Assembly (NCBI GenBank): GCA_027460535.1 | Contig: JAPZAR010000009.1 | Span: forward strand, 47,819 to 79,818 | DNA from: Candidatus Methanoperedens sp. | Lineage (GTDB): Archaea; Halobacteriota; Methanosarcinia; Methanosarcinales; Methanoperedenaceae | DNA: 32,000 bases | Direction of reading: 5' to 3' | In this document: positions 9,051 to 17,351 of the stretch, piece by piece | Layout: every line of letters starts with the position of its first letter | How positions within the stretch are numbered: position 1 is the first letter of the stretch | Program-made: the position numbers and the translations under genes | The notes under the pieces: model-generated | What the model saw: only the letters and a program-made list of their open reading frames with translations | Databases searched by the model: none | What the model was told of the DNA's origin: nothing

Positions 9051-9220
9051 GAACTATACCGTTGCCGATATAAACTGGAATAATCATTCATTAACCTGCC
9101 GTCTATTGATTTGCGAACAACAAGATAACGATAATATGTAATAATTCCAATTGTATTCTCTCTTTTTCCCGTTTCTGACCACCGATCTCTCATGCCAACG
9201 CTATTTACAAATAGTAAGAT

Positions 9221-9228
9221 ATTTATAG
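9221..9228 (+). promoter_or_regulatory. Candidate archaeal TATA box (atttatag) in the divergent intergenic region
   Basis: An A/T-rich TATA-like octamer lies in the 300-bp gap between the divergent genes 8112..9050 (-) and 9352..11139 (+). Position and sequence are the only evidence. Confidence 0.2.
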
Positions 9229-9351
9229 TTTATGCATCATTGCAGTATTGAAGGATTAACCAGTGGTGGATATCCTATTGAGAATGAGATAAATCACCAA
9301 GTGGCGAAGAGAATCTCTGCCTATTATAATAAGAATAAGGAGGAAATACTA

Positions 9352-11139
9352 ATGGTGGATGGAAAAAAAAGAAAAGGATCTTTGATAGCAAGTACAGTTA
9401 TCACAATGATCATTGTAACGATGTTGATTTTTTCGGGACCGATCGCGCAGGCGTTACTGGTCACGTTGAATGCCGATAAGACCTCGGTACAGATCGGAGA
9501 GGCGGCGGAGAACAAGATCACGTTCACAACATGGGTGAATTTATCGAGACCAGATAATACAGTCCCGATACAGCGCGTTTTCCTGAATTTATCTGGCAAT
9601 TCCCCAAGATCTTTTTCATTCGATCTGAATGGAAATGACATCCGTGGTACTGCTTTCCCAAGCGAAATAACCATAGCTTCTCCAGGAGGGGACCCCTGGG
9701 GGGGAGGTAATTTTGGAACAGGGTATGGATATGATTTTAATACCGGGGTGGGATATAATTTCGGCTATGGATATGGATACGGTGACGGGACAAATCCGCT
9801 GAATAGATCATTCATTATTACCCTTAATACATCAATGATGTTTGACGGAAGTTATACATCAAAGACCAATGTATATGCTGCGGGCAGCAGCTTGGCGCAA
9901 GGATTTACATCGACACCATTCAGTTTCACCCTCACACCGAGGATGATAAATACGACCGTTGGGTCATTCCCGGCAAATACAACACAGGACTCAGGAATTA
10001 TCCCTTCCCCGATCGGGAATATCCAGTACATAGTGACAAGCAATAGTACGACGATCCCTGTGATGATCAACGTGACCGTGTCGGTTCAAGCCCCATCGGG
10101 GTCAACAGACATCACTTCGTTCACTTCCGGTGCTATTCCTAACATTTACTTCAATATCTCGGTGAGCAACCCTGCCTGGTTCGCGAACATTTCCAATATC
10201 CAGTTCAGGGGATATTATAATGCGTCAAATATCCCATCAACTGTGGCGGAGAGCACGCTTCGGCCATACAGGTTCGCAACAAATTGGCAGAGGCTGGATT
10301 GCGGTGCGGGCGAAATATGCGCTCCAACAATCGGGCTCACTGACGGTGCGATCCTCTATGCAGCCGGTGTGAATACAACAGGTGATTACGTCTGGGCGAA
10401 CCTCAGCAGATTGTCAACCTTCGGTATCGCAGGTACAGTATCAGTATCAGCACCATCAGGCGGCAGCAGTGGCGGAACCGGAGGCGGGGGCGGTGTAGTT
10501 TCAGGCGAGCCTTTTGCCAACATAGTAAAGTCAGAAACACATGACATGGATCTGGTTTCCAACGCTCCGGTTAAATACACATTCACAACCCCCGAGATCG
10601 GTATATATCAGGTAGTTGTCACGAATAAGGAGAGTGAAAACGGTATTTCCCTGAGAGCAGAAATTCTCAAAGGCACATCGAAACTTGTGGCAGCCAACCC
10701 GCCAGGAACCGTATATAAGAATGTTAACCTGTGGATCGGTACACAGCGTGTAAATAGTGTTCTCATCAGGTTCAAGGTCGACAACACATGGCTTACCAAT
10801 AACAATGTGGCAGCCGGTGATGTCAAGCTGCTCAAGTGGGATGGAAGCCAGTGGACACAGCTTGATACTGCACAGACGACCGCGGATAGCGCGAGTACCT
10901 CCTACGAGGCAAAGTCCAGCACCTTGTCGATATTCGCGATAAGCAGTACAAAGGGAGTCGCAGTGCCAGGCGGAACTGCAGCAGGTGCAACGCCAACAGC
11001 AGCAACACCAGGTGCGACAACGCCAGCAGCTTCTCCTACCGCGACTGCCACGAAGGCACCAGGATTTGAAATGGTAACCAGCCTGGCCGCATTAACAGTG
11101 CTGATTACCGTCTTCCTGAGAGATAGAAAGAGAAGATGA
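9352..11139 (+). CDS. Secreted surface glycoprotein with PGF-pre-PGF domain and PGF-CTERM archaeosortase signal
   Basis: ORF track start is 9232. I prefer ATG 9352, which has aAGGAGG at 9337..9343 and yields a signal peptide (MVDGKKRKGSLIASTVITMIIVTMLIFSGPIAQA). The protein has a G/Y-rich patch (GYGYDFNTGVGYNFGYGYGYGDG) and a poly-Gly linker. The PGF-pre-PGF pattern spans 10501..10950 (VYKNVNLWIG...FKVDNTWL...VKLLKWDGSQWTQL...LSIFAIS). A Thr/Pro/Ala linker leads to the PGFE+TM+RDRKRR terminus. Confidence 0.85.
   Translation: MVDGKKRKGSLIASTVITMIIVTMLIFSGPIAQALLVTLNADKTSVQIGEAAENKITFTTWVNLSRPDNTVPIQRVFLNLSGNSPRSFSFDLNGNDIRGTAFPSEITIASPGGDPWGGGNFGTGYGYDFNTGVGYNFGYGYGYGDGTNPLNRSFIITLNTSMMFDGSYTSKTNVYAAGSSLAQGFTSTPFSFTLTPRMINTTVGSFPANTTQDSGIIPSPIGNIQYIVTSNSTTIPVMINVTVSVQAPSGSTDITSFTSGAIPNIYFNISVSNPAWFANISNIQFRGYYNASNIPSTVAESTLRPYRFATNWQRLDCGAGEICAPTIGLTDGAILYAAGVNTTGDYVWANLSRLSTFGIAGTVSVSAPSGGSSGGTGGGGGVVSGEPFANIVKSETHDMDLVSNAPVKYTFTTPEIGIYQVVVTNKESENGISLRAEILKGTSKLVAANPPGTVYKNVNLWIGTQRVNSVLIRFKVDNTWLTNNNVAAGDVKLLKWDGSQWTQLDTAQTTADSASTSYEAKSSTLSIFAISSTKGVAVPGGTAAGATPTAATPGATTPAASPTATATKAPGFEMVTSLAALTVLITVFLRDRKRR
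11059..11136 (+). other. PGF-CTERM sorting signal (archaeosortase A target)
   Basis: The sequence is PGFEMVTSLAALTVLITVFLRDRKRR*. That is a PGF tripeptide, a hydrophobic helix and a basic tail, preceded by the Thr/Pro/Ala-rich linker ATPTAATPGATTPAASPTATAT. Confidence 0.8.
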
Positions 11140-11147
11140 GCAATCAT

Positions 11148-11167
11148 CTTCTTTCTTTTTTTATTTT
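11148..11167 (+). terminator. Oligo-T tract, candidate archaeal terminator
   Basis: cttctttctttttttatttt lies immediately after the stop at 11137..11139. Confidence 0.3.
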
Positions 11168-11223
11168 AATCATTAAATTATTCAGTTATCCTTAAGTTAT
11201 TTGGAGGCATTTATATGACCTAA

Positions 11224-11889
11224 ATGCAACTTGAAATAACTCAATTGTTCTCGATAATAGGTGAAGCTGTCGTATATTTCGTAATTTTTCTGTTAGCGAT
11301 TGCAGTGCTGGGTTCGCTGCTTATTTTCTATTCCTTCAAGACAGAGAAGTTCATTTTCCCGGGTTTCATGCTTTTCTCTATCACCATACTTGAAACCCTT
11401 GTCAAAGCCCTGTTCCGCCTCGTAGGTGCGGATGATTCCATCGTGGATGATGTAGGCATCGCCCTCAAGAACAAGATATCCCTTAAGAAATTCAGGAATA
11501 CTCCGATCAACAGGAGGATGATATTCCTGCCCCAGTGCCTGAGAGCCATAGACTGCCCCTCAAAATTGAGCCCCGAAGGAATGAAATGCATTGACTGCGG
11601 GAACTGCGAGGTCGGGAAAGCAAAGAAATGCGCCGAGGACCTGGGTTACAGGGTGTTCATCGTTCCGGGTTCAAGCTTCATAAAAAGGCTTGTGCGGAAA
11701 CACAAACCATTCGCAGTACTTGGCGTGGGATGCATGACCGAAGTCAAAGCCGGGATTGAGATGTGCGAAAAAATGAAACTCTTTGGGGTAGGTCTCGTTC
11801 TTGATAAAGCCGGGTGCGTTTCCACAGTGCTTGACTGGGATAGATTCTATGAGTTCATAGAATTTGATGACACGGCAATTTCTTCCTAA
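11224..11889 (+). CDS. DUF116-like Cys-rich membrane-associated protein
   Basis: Two N-terminal TM helices are followed by conserved Cys patterns (LPQCLR, CIDCGNCEVGK, LGVGCMTEV, KAGCVST) and IVPGSSFIKRL. These resemble DUF116 (PF01976) as I recall it. Confidence 0.5.
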   Translation: MQLEITQLFSIIGEAVVYFVIFLLAIAVLGSLLIFYSFKTEKFIFPGFMLFSITILETLVKALFRLVGADDSIVDDVGIALKNKISLKKFRNTPINRRMIFLPQCLRAIDCPSKLSPEGMKCIDCGNCEVGKAKKCAEDLGYRVFIVPGSSFIKRLVRKHKPFAVLGVGCMTEVKAGIEMCEKMKLFGVGLVLDKAGCVSTVLDWDRFYEFIEFDDTAISS

Positions 11890-12058
11890 ATTATCCCTGC
11901 AAATCCATGAATCCATAAACAAACTGAAAAAGGATTTTTAGCATATCTGCGTGTTATCTGCGATTCTTATCCAATAGTTCCTGAGGGTAATTTCGGACAT
12001 CCGCGGCGCCAGATTTTAATAATTATAACGTCATAATAACTGCTATTCAAATCCGAAC

Positions 12059-12066
12059 TTTTATTA
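12059..12066 (+). promoter_or_regulatory. Candidate TATA box for a leaderless mfnA transcript
   Basis: ttttatta ends 24 nt before ATG 12090 and no Shine-Dalgarno is present. This geometry is typical of archaeal leaderless mRNAs. Confidence 0.3.
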
Positions 12067-12089
12067 ACAGGCATCTTGATGTTTAGCAC

Positions 12090-13223
12090 ATGGACCAAAA
12101 AGGGCTCCCGCAGAAAGAAGTGCTTTCCTTCCTGGATTCGGCAAGGCAAAAGGACACTTCATATGACAGGGTTCTGAGCTCTATGTGCACACGACCTCAT
12201 CAAATAGCTGTAGAAGCCCATATGCGATTCATAGAATCAAATCTTGGCGACTTTGGCTTATTCCCAGGAACAAAAGAGCTTGAAGAAAAAGTGATCAGCA
12301 TCATGGGAAGCCTGCTTGGCGATCCTAATGCTTGCGGTTATATAACAACAGGCGGTACCGAATCCAACATTCAGGCGCTAAGAGCGATCAGGAACCTCGC
12401 GAAAAAAAGCCATCCGAATGTGGTTATTCCTTCTTCAGCCCATTTCTCATTCGACAAAATAGCTGACCTTCTTGGTATTGAGTTAAGAAAAGCCGGATTG
12501 GATGGGGAATTCAAGGTCGATGTCAATCGTGCGGAGAGCCTCATCGATGAGAAAACAATAGCGCTCGTTGGTATTGCAGGTTCGACCGAGTTCGGGCAAA
12601 TCGACCCGGTTGATGAACTTTCAGACCTCGCTTTATCTCATGATATTTTCCTTCATGTGGATGCCGCATTCGGTGGATTTGTAATACCTTTTCTTGATAA
12701 AAAATACGATTTCGATTTTTCAGTGGGGGGTGTGACCTCGATGACCGCCGACCCACACAAGATGGGTATGTCAACAATACCAGCAGGAGGCCTTCTCTTC
12801 AAAGAAGATGCGTGCCTTCTGCCTCTTGAAATAGATACACCTTACCTCACCATAAGGGCGCAACACTCACTCACTGGAACGAGAAGCGGTGCAGCAGTGG
12901 CGGCAGCTTATGCTGTGATGACGTACCTTGGCAGGGAGGGTTATAGCAAGATCGTGGGGAGATGCATGAAAATGACCCGGAGGCTCGTCGAAGGAGTTGA
13001 AGAATTTGGGATCAAGCCTCTCATCGATCCTGTAATGAATATAGTAGCTCTGGATGTGCCTAATCTGGAAGAGGTCAGAAAAGATATGAGGGCAAAAGGC
13101 TGGTATACTTCGATAACAAGATCTCCGAAAGCAATGAGGTTGATAATGATGCCCCACCTGCGCGAAGACACCCTTGAAATGTTCATTACAGATCTTGGGG
13201 CATGTGTTAATAAGGTCACATAG
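12090..13223 (+). CDS. mfnA: L-tyrosine/L-aspartate decarboxylase (PLP-dependent, methanofuran/CoA biosynthesis)
   Basis: 377 aa. Motifs SSMCTRPH, TGGTESN and HVDAAFGGF are present, together with the PLP-lysine motif DPHKMG. Length and N-terminus match archaeal MfnA. Confidence 0.88.
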   Translation: MDQKGLPQKEVLSFLDSARQKDTSYDRVLSSMCTRPHQIAVEAHMRFIESNLGDFGLFPGTKELEEKVISIMGSLLGDPNACGYITTGGTESNIQALRAIRNLAKKSHPNVVIPSSAHFSFDKIADLLGIELRKAGLDGEFKVDVNRAESLIDEKTIALVGIAGSTEFGQIDPVDELSDLALSHDIFLHVDAAFGGFVIPFLDKKYDFDFSVGGVTSMTADPHKMGMSTIPAGGLLFKEDACLLPLEIDTPYLTIRAQHSLTGTRSGAAVAAAYAVMTYLGREGYSKIVGRCMKMTRRLVEGVEEFGIKPLIDPVMNIVALDVPNLEEVRKDMRAKGWYTSITRSPKAMRLIMMPHLREDTLEMFITDLGACVNKVT

Positions 13224-13244
13224 CCCTCATAATTAAAATTGTAC

Positions 13245-13268
13245 TGCTTTTGGGCTTGAGTTTTTTAT
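13245..13268 (+). terminator. Oligo-T tracts downstream of mfnA
   Basis: ctgcttttgggcttgagttttttat follows the TAG at 13221..13223. Confidence 0.25.
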
Positions 13269-13392
13269 AACCCGCTTCAAAGTCTTTTTTGCACCGAAAA
13301 GTCTTATCATTATAATAACTATTATTATTATTTTTTAATTGCGATAAATTTATTTAGCTTAAGGTTTTAATAGATTAATAGTGGTGTGACGA

Positions 13393-13728
13393 ATGTCCAA
13401 CAGGATCATAGATGACGGCCAGAGCGAAAACCAATCAAATTATCTGAAATATGTCCTTTTATTCGGGATTGTATTCACTGCCCTTCAGGTATCTGACCTG
13501 ACCCTGACCCAGCACAGCCTTAAAAATCCAAATATAAGAGAGCTAAATCCCCTGTATGACCAGGACTGGTTCGTTCCTTTCAAACTAACCATGGTTTTCC
13601 TAATAATGGGTACGATGTACAGACAGCCGGGCAGGAACCAGGGAATAGCTAAGAAAGCAATGTCAGGAATTATTATTATGTACCTGTTTATTAACCTGAA
13701 CAACCTGTATTTCGTACTATCAGTGTAG
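13393..13728 (+). CDS. Small integral membrane protein (DUF5658-like)
   Basis: 111 aa with three hydrophobic helices. The D-L-T-L-T...ELNPL motif resembles the DUF5658 pattern. A GGTG lies 6 nt upstream of the ATG. Confidence 0.4.
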   Translation: MSNRIIDDGQSENQSNYLKYVLLFGIVFTALQVSDLTLTQHSLKNPNIRELNPLYDQDWFVPFKLTMVFLIMGTMYRQPGRNQGIAKKAMSGIIIMYLFINLNNLYFVLSV

Positions 13729-14044
13729 TTCAGCTTTTACAGCTTCGGTTATCGAAGGCAACACGTTGCAAGCTTTTGCTCACATGAGAATCCTGTGGGA
13801 GCATGTATGATGTCAAACGAAGAGACGTGCAATATTATAACACAGCTATGGCGGGTTTATTGAAATAACTTTATTGTAGTTAATACAATAGTCTCCTGAC
13901 AGACCTCGCATTAGTTTACAAGGAAAATCCTGGCACTAGATATAGTATTTGTTTTTCTTTTCTTCAGTGCATTCAAATATCAGACATCTTCTTCAGCCCT
14001 GAGTAGTTTACTATTGTTACGCTACCAGGTTCTCAAGTACACAA

Positions 14045-16786
14045 TCATTCTTTTTCTCCTTTTTCATACCCCGAGCCCCGATGGATTATCTCTCTGGCTT
14101 TATCATAAGACTTTCTTGCTTCCTCGTATTCCCCTAATTTATAAAGATCAAAACCTTTGTTATACCAGGCACTGGCATATTCAGGAGTTATCTCTATAGC
14201 TCTATCATAAGCCTTCATTGCCTCTTCGTATTTCCCACTGCTTTGAAGGGATTGGCCTTTGTTATACCAATCATCGGCAGATTCAGGAGTTATCTCTATA
14301 GTTTTTTCATAAACCTTTATCGCCTTTTTGTATTTCCTACTACCATGAAGGGCAAGAACGATGACTATCAAGGCAATTAGAATATATCCCCATGGAGGGA
14401 ATTTTGATCCAATTGTGTTTTTAGGAATTGGTACAGTGATTCTCTCTGCAGATCTAATCTGTATTTGAAGTTCCTGACTTTTCGTGCTGATCTTTCTACC
14501 TTGGGTGTCGAATTCATAGTAATCAGCAGTCGCAGATGGGAGTTTGAAGGGCAGTGTTGAACCTATTTTAACAGCATAGTTTAAACTCACTTTCTCGTTT
14601 GCCTCCAAAGGTCTTTCAAGAGTTGTATTCCCGCTGACCAGGGTCACATTATCTGGCAGCAGGTCATTGATAATCACTTTTGTGGGTGTACTTCCAGTGT
14701 TTTCAGCGATTACTGTTACGATCACAGTATCTCCGGGCCTGACAACAGAAACATCTGTCTGCTTCGTCAGTACAACCTTTGGCCCAAGCACCACAATCTT
14801 TGGCTGGTTTGATCCTATGTTGTATGATCTATTGTTTATATTGAACTCGGCAGTTGCCACCGGGAATACGATGCCCACGTTGTTTGGCTCCAGAGGTCTG
14901 ACATCATAGTGGTATTTCCATTCCCCATTGGCAGGAATATCAACCACCCAGTGCAGCGATTGGTTGCCGAGGAGCTTAAAACCGTCCGGGAGAGAATCCG
15001 TAATACTCACATTTTTAAGATCGTACGTTCCATTGTTTTTTACTGATAATGAAATGCTGGTATAATCCTTCAAATACATCGTGTCAACCGTACTCTTCCT
15101 TATGGAGAGCCCCTCTTGAGGCTCACCAAAGAGTATTGAGTTCAAAAAAATATACGCTTTGCCAAGCATTTCATATAATGTGTTAAGAGGTTCATAGATT
15201 AGCGGTGTTATAGCAGGCACAGGTGTCGCTACTGTGATTTGAGGAGTCGGTGCCGTGGGAATTATCATTACAGTAGCTGCAGGTATTGTGATTTGTGGAG
15301 TAGGTATAGGAGTTTTCTTTGCGGATTTAAGCTGTATTTCAACTTCCTGACTGCTCGTGCTTATCTTTCTACCTATGGATCCGAGTTCATAGTATTCAGC
15401 ATTTGCAGCAGGAAGGGTGATGCTCTCTTTGGAATCGATTCTAAGGATGTAGCTGAAACTAATATTCATTGTTGCTTCCAGAAATCCCCCACTCGATGTG
15501 CTGCCTCTGACCAGGGTCACATCATCTGGCAACGTGTCCATGATATTCAACCTTGTAGGAGTACTTCCTGTATTTTCTGCAACCACAGTTACAGTCACAG
15601 CATCGCCAGGGTTGAACTCTGAAACATCCGCATGCTTCGTGAGGATAATCTTTGGTCCGTATACAACAATCATCGGCTGGTTTGATCGCACGCTATAAAA
15701 TTCATTATTTACTACGAACTCAGCGGTGGCTGCGGGAAAGATGATACCCTCCTTGTTCGACTCAAGAGGTCTTACCAGATAGTGGTAGTCCCATTCCCCA
15801 TTGACAGGAATATCAACAACCCAGTGCAGCGATTGGTTGCCGAGGAGTTTAAAACCGTTTGGAAGAGAATCTGTTATATTTACATTTCTAGCATCGAGCC
15901 TTCCATTGTTTTTTACAGATAATGAAACGATGTTGTAGTCCTTTAAATACATCTTATTAACCGTGGTTTTGCTTACGGAGAGCATAACAGGAACCTCGGC
16001 TGCCATTGAAATGCTCTTTATGGACGTTGCCGTATATGGAATATTCATAACATCGTATCCGCTGACGTTTGCTGATATGCTGTGCATTTCCAGTTCTGGG
16101 AGAATGGGTGATGCAAATGTAATGGTCTCGGTGGCGGATTCCCCTATTTTAATTCTATCATAGTGATATTTTAGATTTCCCCTGTTTATTGGAAGTTCTG
16201 TGTCAATGACCATATCAACATTAACCGCATCAGCCGAGCCTGTATTTTCTAAGTTTACAGTTGCAACAATGTTTGTGGTGTATGAGGATACGTATTTATC
16301 TTTGTCCGTCTGTATCGATACCGCAAGGCTTGGAATACCTCTTGGATCCAATTCAATTACCGCCCACGGAGCATAACTTTCAAAAATCCACTCTTGTGCA
16401 TTTTGAGCAGGGAGTCCGGTTGCTGTAACTCTCAAATTACCATCAGGAACGATATACGATTCCGTCAATCGGAGGGCAGCAGTGCCTATGTAACTGCCAT
16501 TTTTTGAAATATCCAGCTCCACGAAGGGTTCAACATGTTCTTCAGGCCCTGGTCTGTATTTTGCCGATTCCACAGGTGCCGGAAATCCTATCACTTTTAC
16601 TGAATACCCATTATATGTGAGCATTTCGCCACGAATGAGCTTGTTTGACACACCCCCTGTCCACTGCAGTTGTGAACTATCAGATGTTTGGGCAAAGCCG
16701 AACCCTGAGAAAATCAAGGCTATTATGATACCACAAATCAAGCCTTTTTTCCTCTTGTCGAGAGTGGATATATTTTTAAATAACAT
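14045..16786 (-). CDS. Surface protein with DUF11/CARDB-type repeat domains, a C-terminal TM helix and a cytoplasmic TPR tail
   Basis: The ORF track start at 16813 is a GTG. ATG 16786 gives a signal peptide (MLFKNISTLDKRKKGLICGIIIALIFSGFGFAQT). The DUF11-like signature recurs (VKNNGRLDARNVNITDSLPNGF; PGDAVTVTVVAENTGSTPTRLNIMDTLPDDV). A ~219-aa two-domain module is duplicated. The C-terminus has a Pro/Thr linker, a TM helix (WGYILIALIVIVLALHG), RKYKK and near-consensus TPRs. Confidence 0.8.
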   Translation of the reverse strand: MLFKNISTLDKRKKGLICGIIIALIFSGFGFAQTSDSSQLQWTGGVSNKLIRGEMLTYNGYSVKVIGFPAPVESAKYRPGPEEHVEPFVELDISKNGSYIGTAALRLTESYIVPDGNLRVTATGLPAQNAQEWIFESYAPWAVIELDPRGIPSLAVSIQTDKDKYVSSYTTNIVATVNLENTGSADAVNVDMVIDTELPINRGNLKYHYDRIKIGESATETITFASPILPELEMHSISANVSGYDVMNIPYTATSIKSISMAAEVPVMLSVSKTTVNKMYLKDYNIVSLSVKNNGRLDARNVNITDSLPNGFKLLGNQSLHWVVDIPVNGEWDYHYLVRPLESNKEGIIFPAATAEFVVNNEFYSVRSNQPMIVVYGPKIILTKHADVSEFNPGDAVTVTVVAENTGSTPTRLNIMDTLPDDVTLVRGSTSSGGFLEATMNISFSYILRIDSKESITLPAANAEYYELGSIGRKISTSSQEVEIQLKSAKKTPIPTPQITIPAATVMIIPTAPTPQITVATPVPAITPLIYEPLNTLYEMLGKAYIFLNSILFGEPQEGLSIRKSTVDTMYLKDYTSISLSVKNNGTYDLKNVSITDSLPDGFKLLGNQSLHWVVDIPANGEWKYHYDVRPLEPNNVGIVFPVATAEFNINNRSYNIGSNQPKIVVLGPKVVLTKQTDVSVVRPGDTVIVTVIAENTGSTPTKVIINDLLPDNVTLVSGNTTLERPLEANEKVSLNYAVKIGSTLPFKLPSATADYYEFDTQGRKISTKSQELQIQIRSAERITVPIPKNTIGSKFPPWGYILIALIVIVLALHGSRKYKKAIKVYEKTIEITPESADDWYNKGQSLQSSGKYEEAMKAYDRAIEITPEYASAWYNKGFDLYKLGEYEEARKSYDKAREIIHRGSGYEKGEKE
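14078..14395 (-). other. TM helix plus ~95-aa TPR tail module
   Basis: WGYILIALIVIVLALHG-SRKYKK-AIKVYEKTIEITPESADDWYNKGQSLQSSGKYEEAMKAYDRAIEITPEYASAWYNKGFDLYKLGEYEEARKSYDKAREIIHR. The basic residues right after the TM helix imply a cytoplasmic tail. Confidence 0.8.
14453..15985 (-). repeat. Internal duplication: two ~219-aa modules offset by 873 bp
   Basis: aa 277-497 (15323..15985) and aa 569-787 (14453..15109) of the track protein align colinearly. Examples: MYLKDYNIVSLSVKNNG... vs MYLKDYTSISLSVKNNG...; LHWVVDIPVNGEW vs LHWVVDIPANGEW; GRKISTSSQEVEIQLKSA vs GRKISTKSQELQIQIRSA. Confidence 0.85.
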
Positions 16787-16869
16787 CTTTGGATAACTTA
16801 ATAATTCTAACACTCATGCTTTTGCACGTAGTTCCCAATTTCCTTGACTTTGGTGCAAACAATACTGCT

Positions 16870-17106
16870 TTATTTTTCATCTGTAGCCTCTTTGGATGAA
16901 TACATCCATAGCGGCTTCTTTTCACTGCCTACATTGCGTCGCTGGATTTTATCTGTCTCAAGCAGGATTGTTATGAGATTCTCTGCCGTTGATTTGCTGC
17001 AACCAAGGCTATTTATTATTTCACGCAGCGATTTTTCACGAACATATAGCAAGACCAATACTTGCTCGGTTGTGAATTTTTTTTGATACTGGTGTTCTAA
17101 ATGCAT
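16870..17106 (-). CDS. Small winged-helix/HTH DNA-binding protein
   Basis: 78 aa with an HTH-like core (KSLREIINSLGCSKSTAENLITILLETDKIQRRNVG). A GAGGTGA Shine-Dalgarno sits 3 nt before the ATG. The start overlaps the upstream gene by 10 nt. Confidence 0.55.
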   Translation of the reverse strand: MHLEHQYQKKFTTEQVLVLLYVREKSLREIINSLGCSKSTAENLITILLETDKIQRRNVGSEKKPLWMYSSKEATDEK

Positions 17107-17351
17107 CGCGTCACCTCAATCATATTAAGGGCAGCTAAATTAGTTCCATCGGTAATTTCATCGATGGCTTCAACGTAAAGACTTTCACTGATCGTCGCTG
17201 AGGTTTTTTTTGCAATCCGGGTACTCCTGGCGTTCGTTACGTCCCGCCTCCGGATGAGCACGGCAGATGCCACGGCAGCCACCATTGCAATGAATATCAT
17301 GGGCGTGCCTATACCTGCCAGCGCCTCCTCAGTCTTTATTAATGCCTTCAT
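17097..17351 (-). CDS. Archaellin/type IV pilin N-terminal-domain mini-protein (84 aa)
   Basis: MKALIKTEEALAGIGTPMIFIAMVAAVASAVLI matches the archaellin class III signal and hydrophobic core (consensus ...G-IGTLIVFIAMVLVAAVAA-VLI). The downstream ...SESLYVEAIDEITDG... resembles ...ASGLQVIRVLG.... A strong Shine-Dalgarno is present (AGGAGGAGGAaacgtacATG). Full archaellins are about 200 aa or more. Confidence 0.6.
   Translation of the reverse strand: MKALIKTEEALAGIGTPMIFIAMVAAVASAVLIRRRDVTNARSTRIAKKTSATISESLYVEAIDEITDGTNLAALNMIEVTRCI

Noticed and set aside
9232-9351. The 40-aa N-terminal extension of the PGF-CTERM protein given in the ORF track (MHHCSIEGLTSGG...)
   Set aside because: The extension lacks signal-peptide character. 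The internal ATG 9352 has a perfect aAGGAGG 8 nt upstream and yields a classical signal peptide.
9698-9704. A G7 homopolymer inside the PGF-CTERM gene as a slipped-strand phase-variation switch
   Set aside because: The tract is in frame, encoding WGGG. It is short, and nothing in the single sequence shows length variation. Phase variation of this type is not established in archaea.
11967-12149. A 60-aa minus-strand ORF overlapping the mfnA start. Other 60-130-aa ORFs are nested antisense or out of frame in annotated genes (e.g. 451..636, 1713..1934, 2374..2628, 5969..6352, 7571..7897, 17439..17702, 17591..17959).
   Set aside because: They have no recognisable motifs and overlap strongly supported genes. 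They lack Shine-Dalgarno or promoter context and are typical random ORFs.
13729-14044. A possible tRNA or ncRNA in the 316-bp convergent intergenic gap
   Set aside because: I found only short hairpins (cttcg-gttat-cgaag; attgta-gttaa-tacaat). There is no cloverleaf, acceptor/T-arm pattern or conserved RNA motif. This would need Infernal/tRNAscan to exclude fully.
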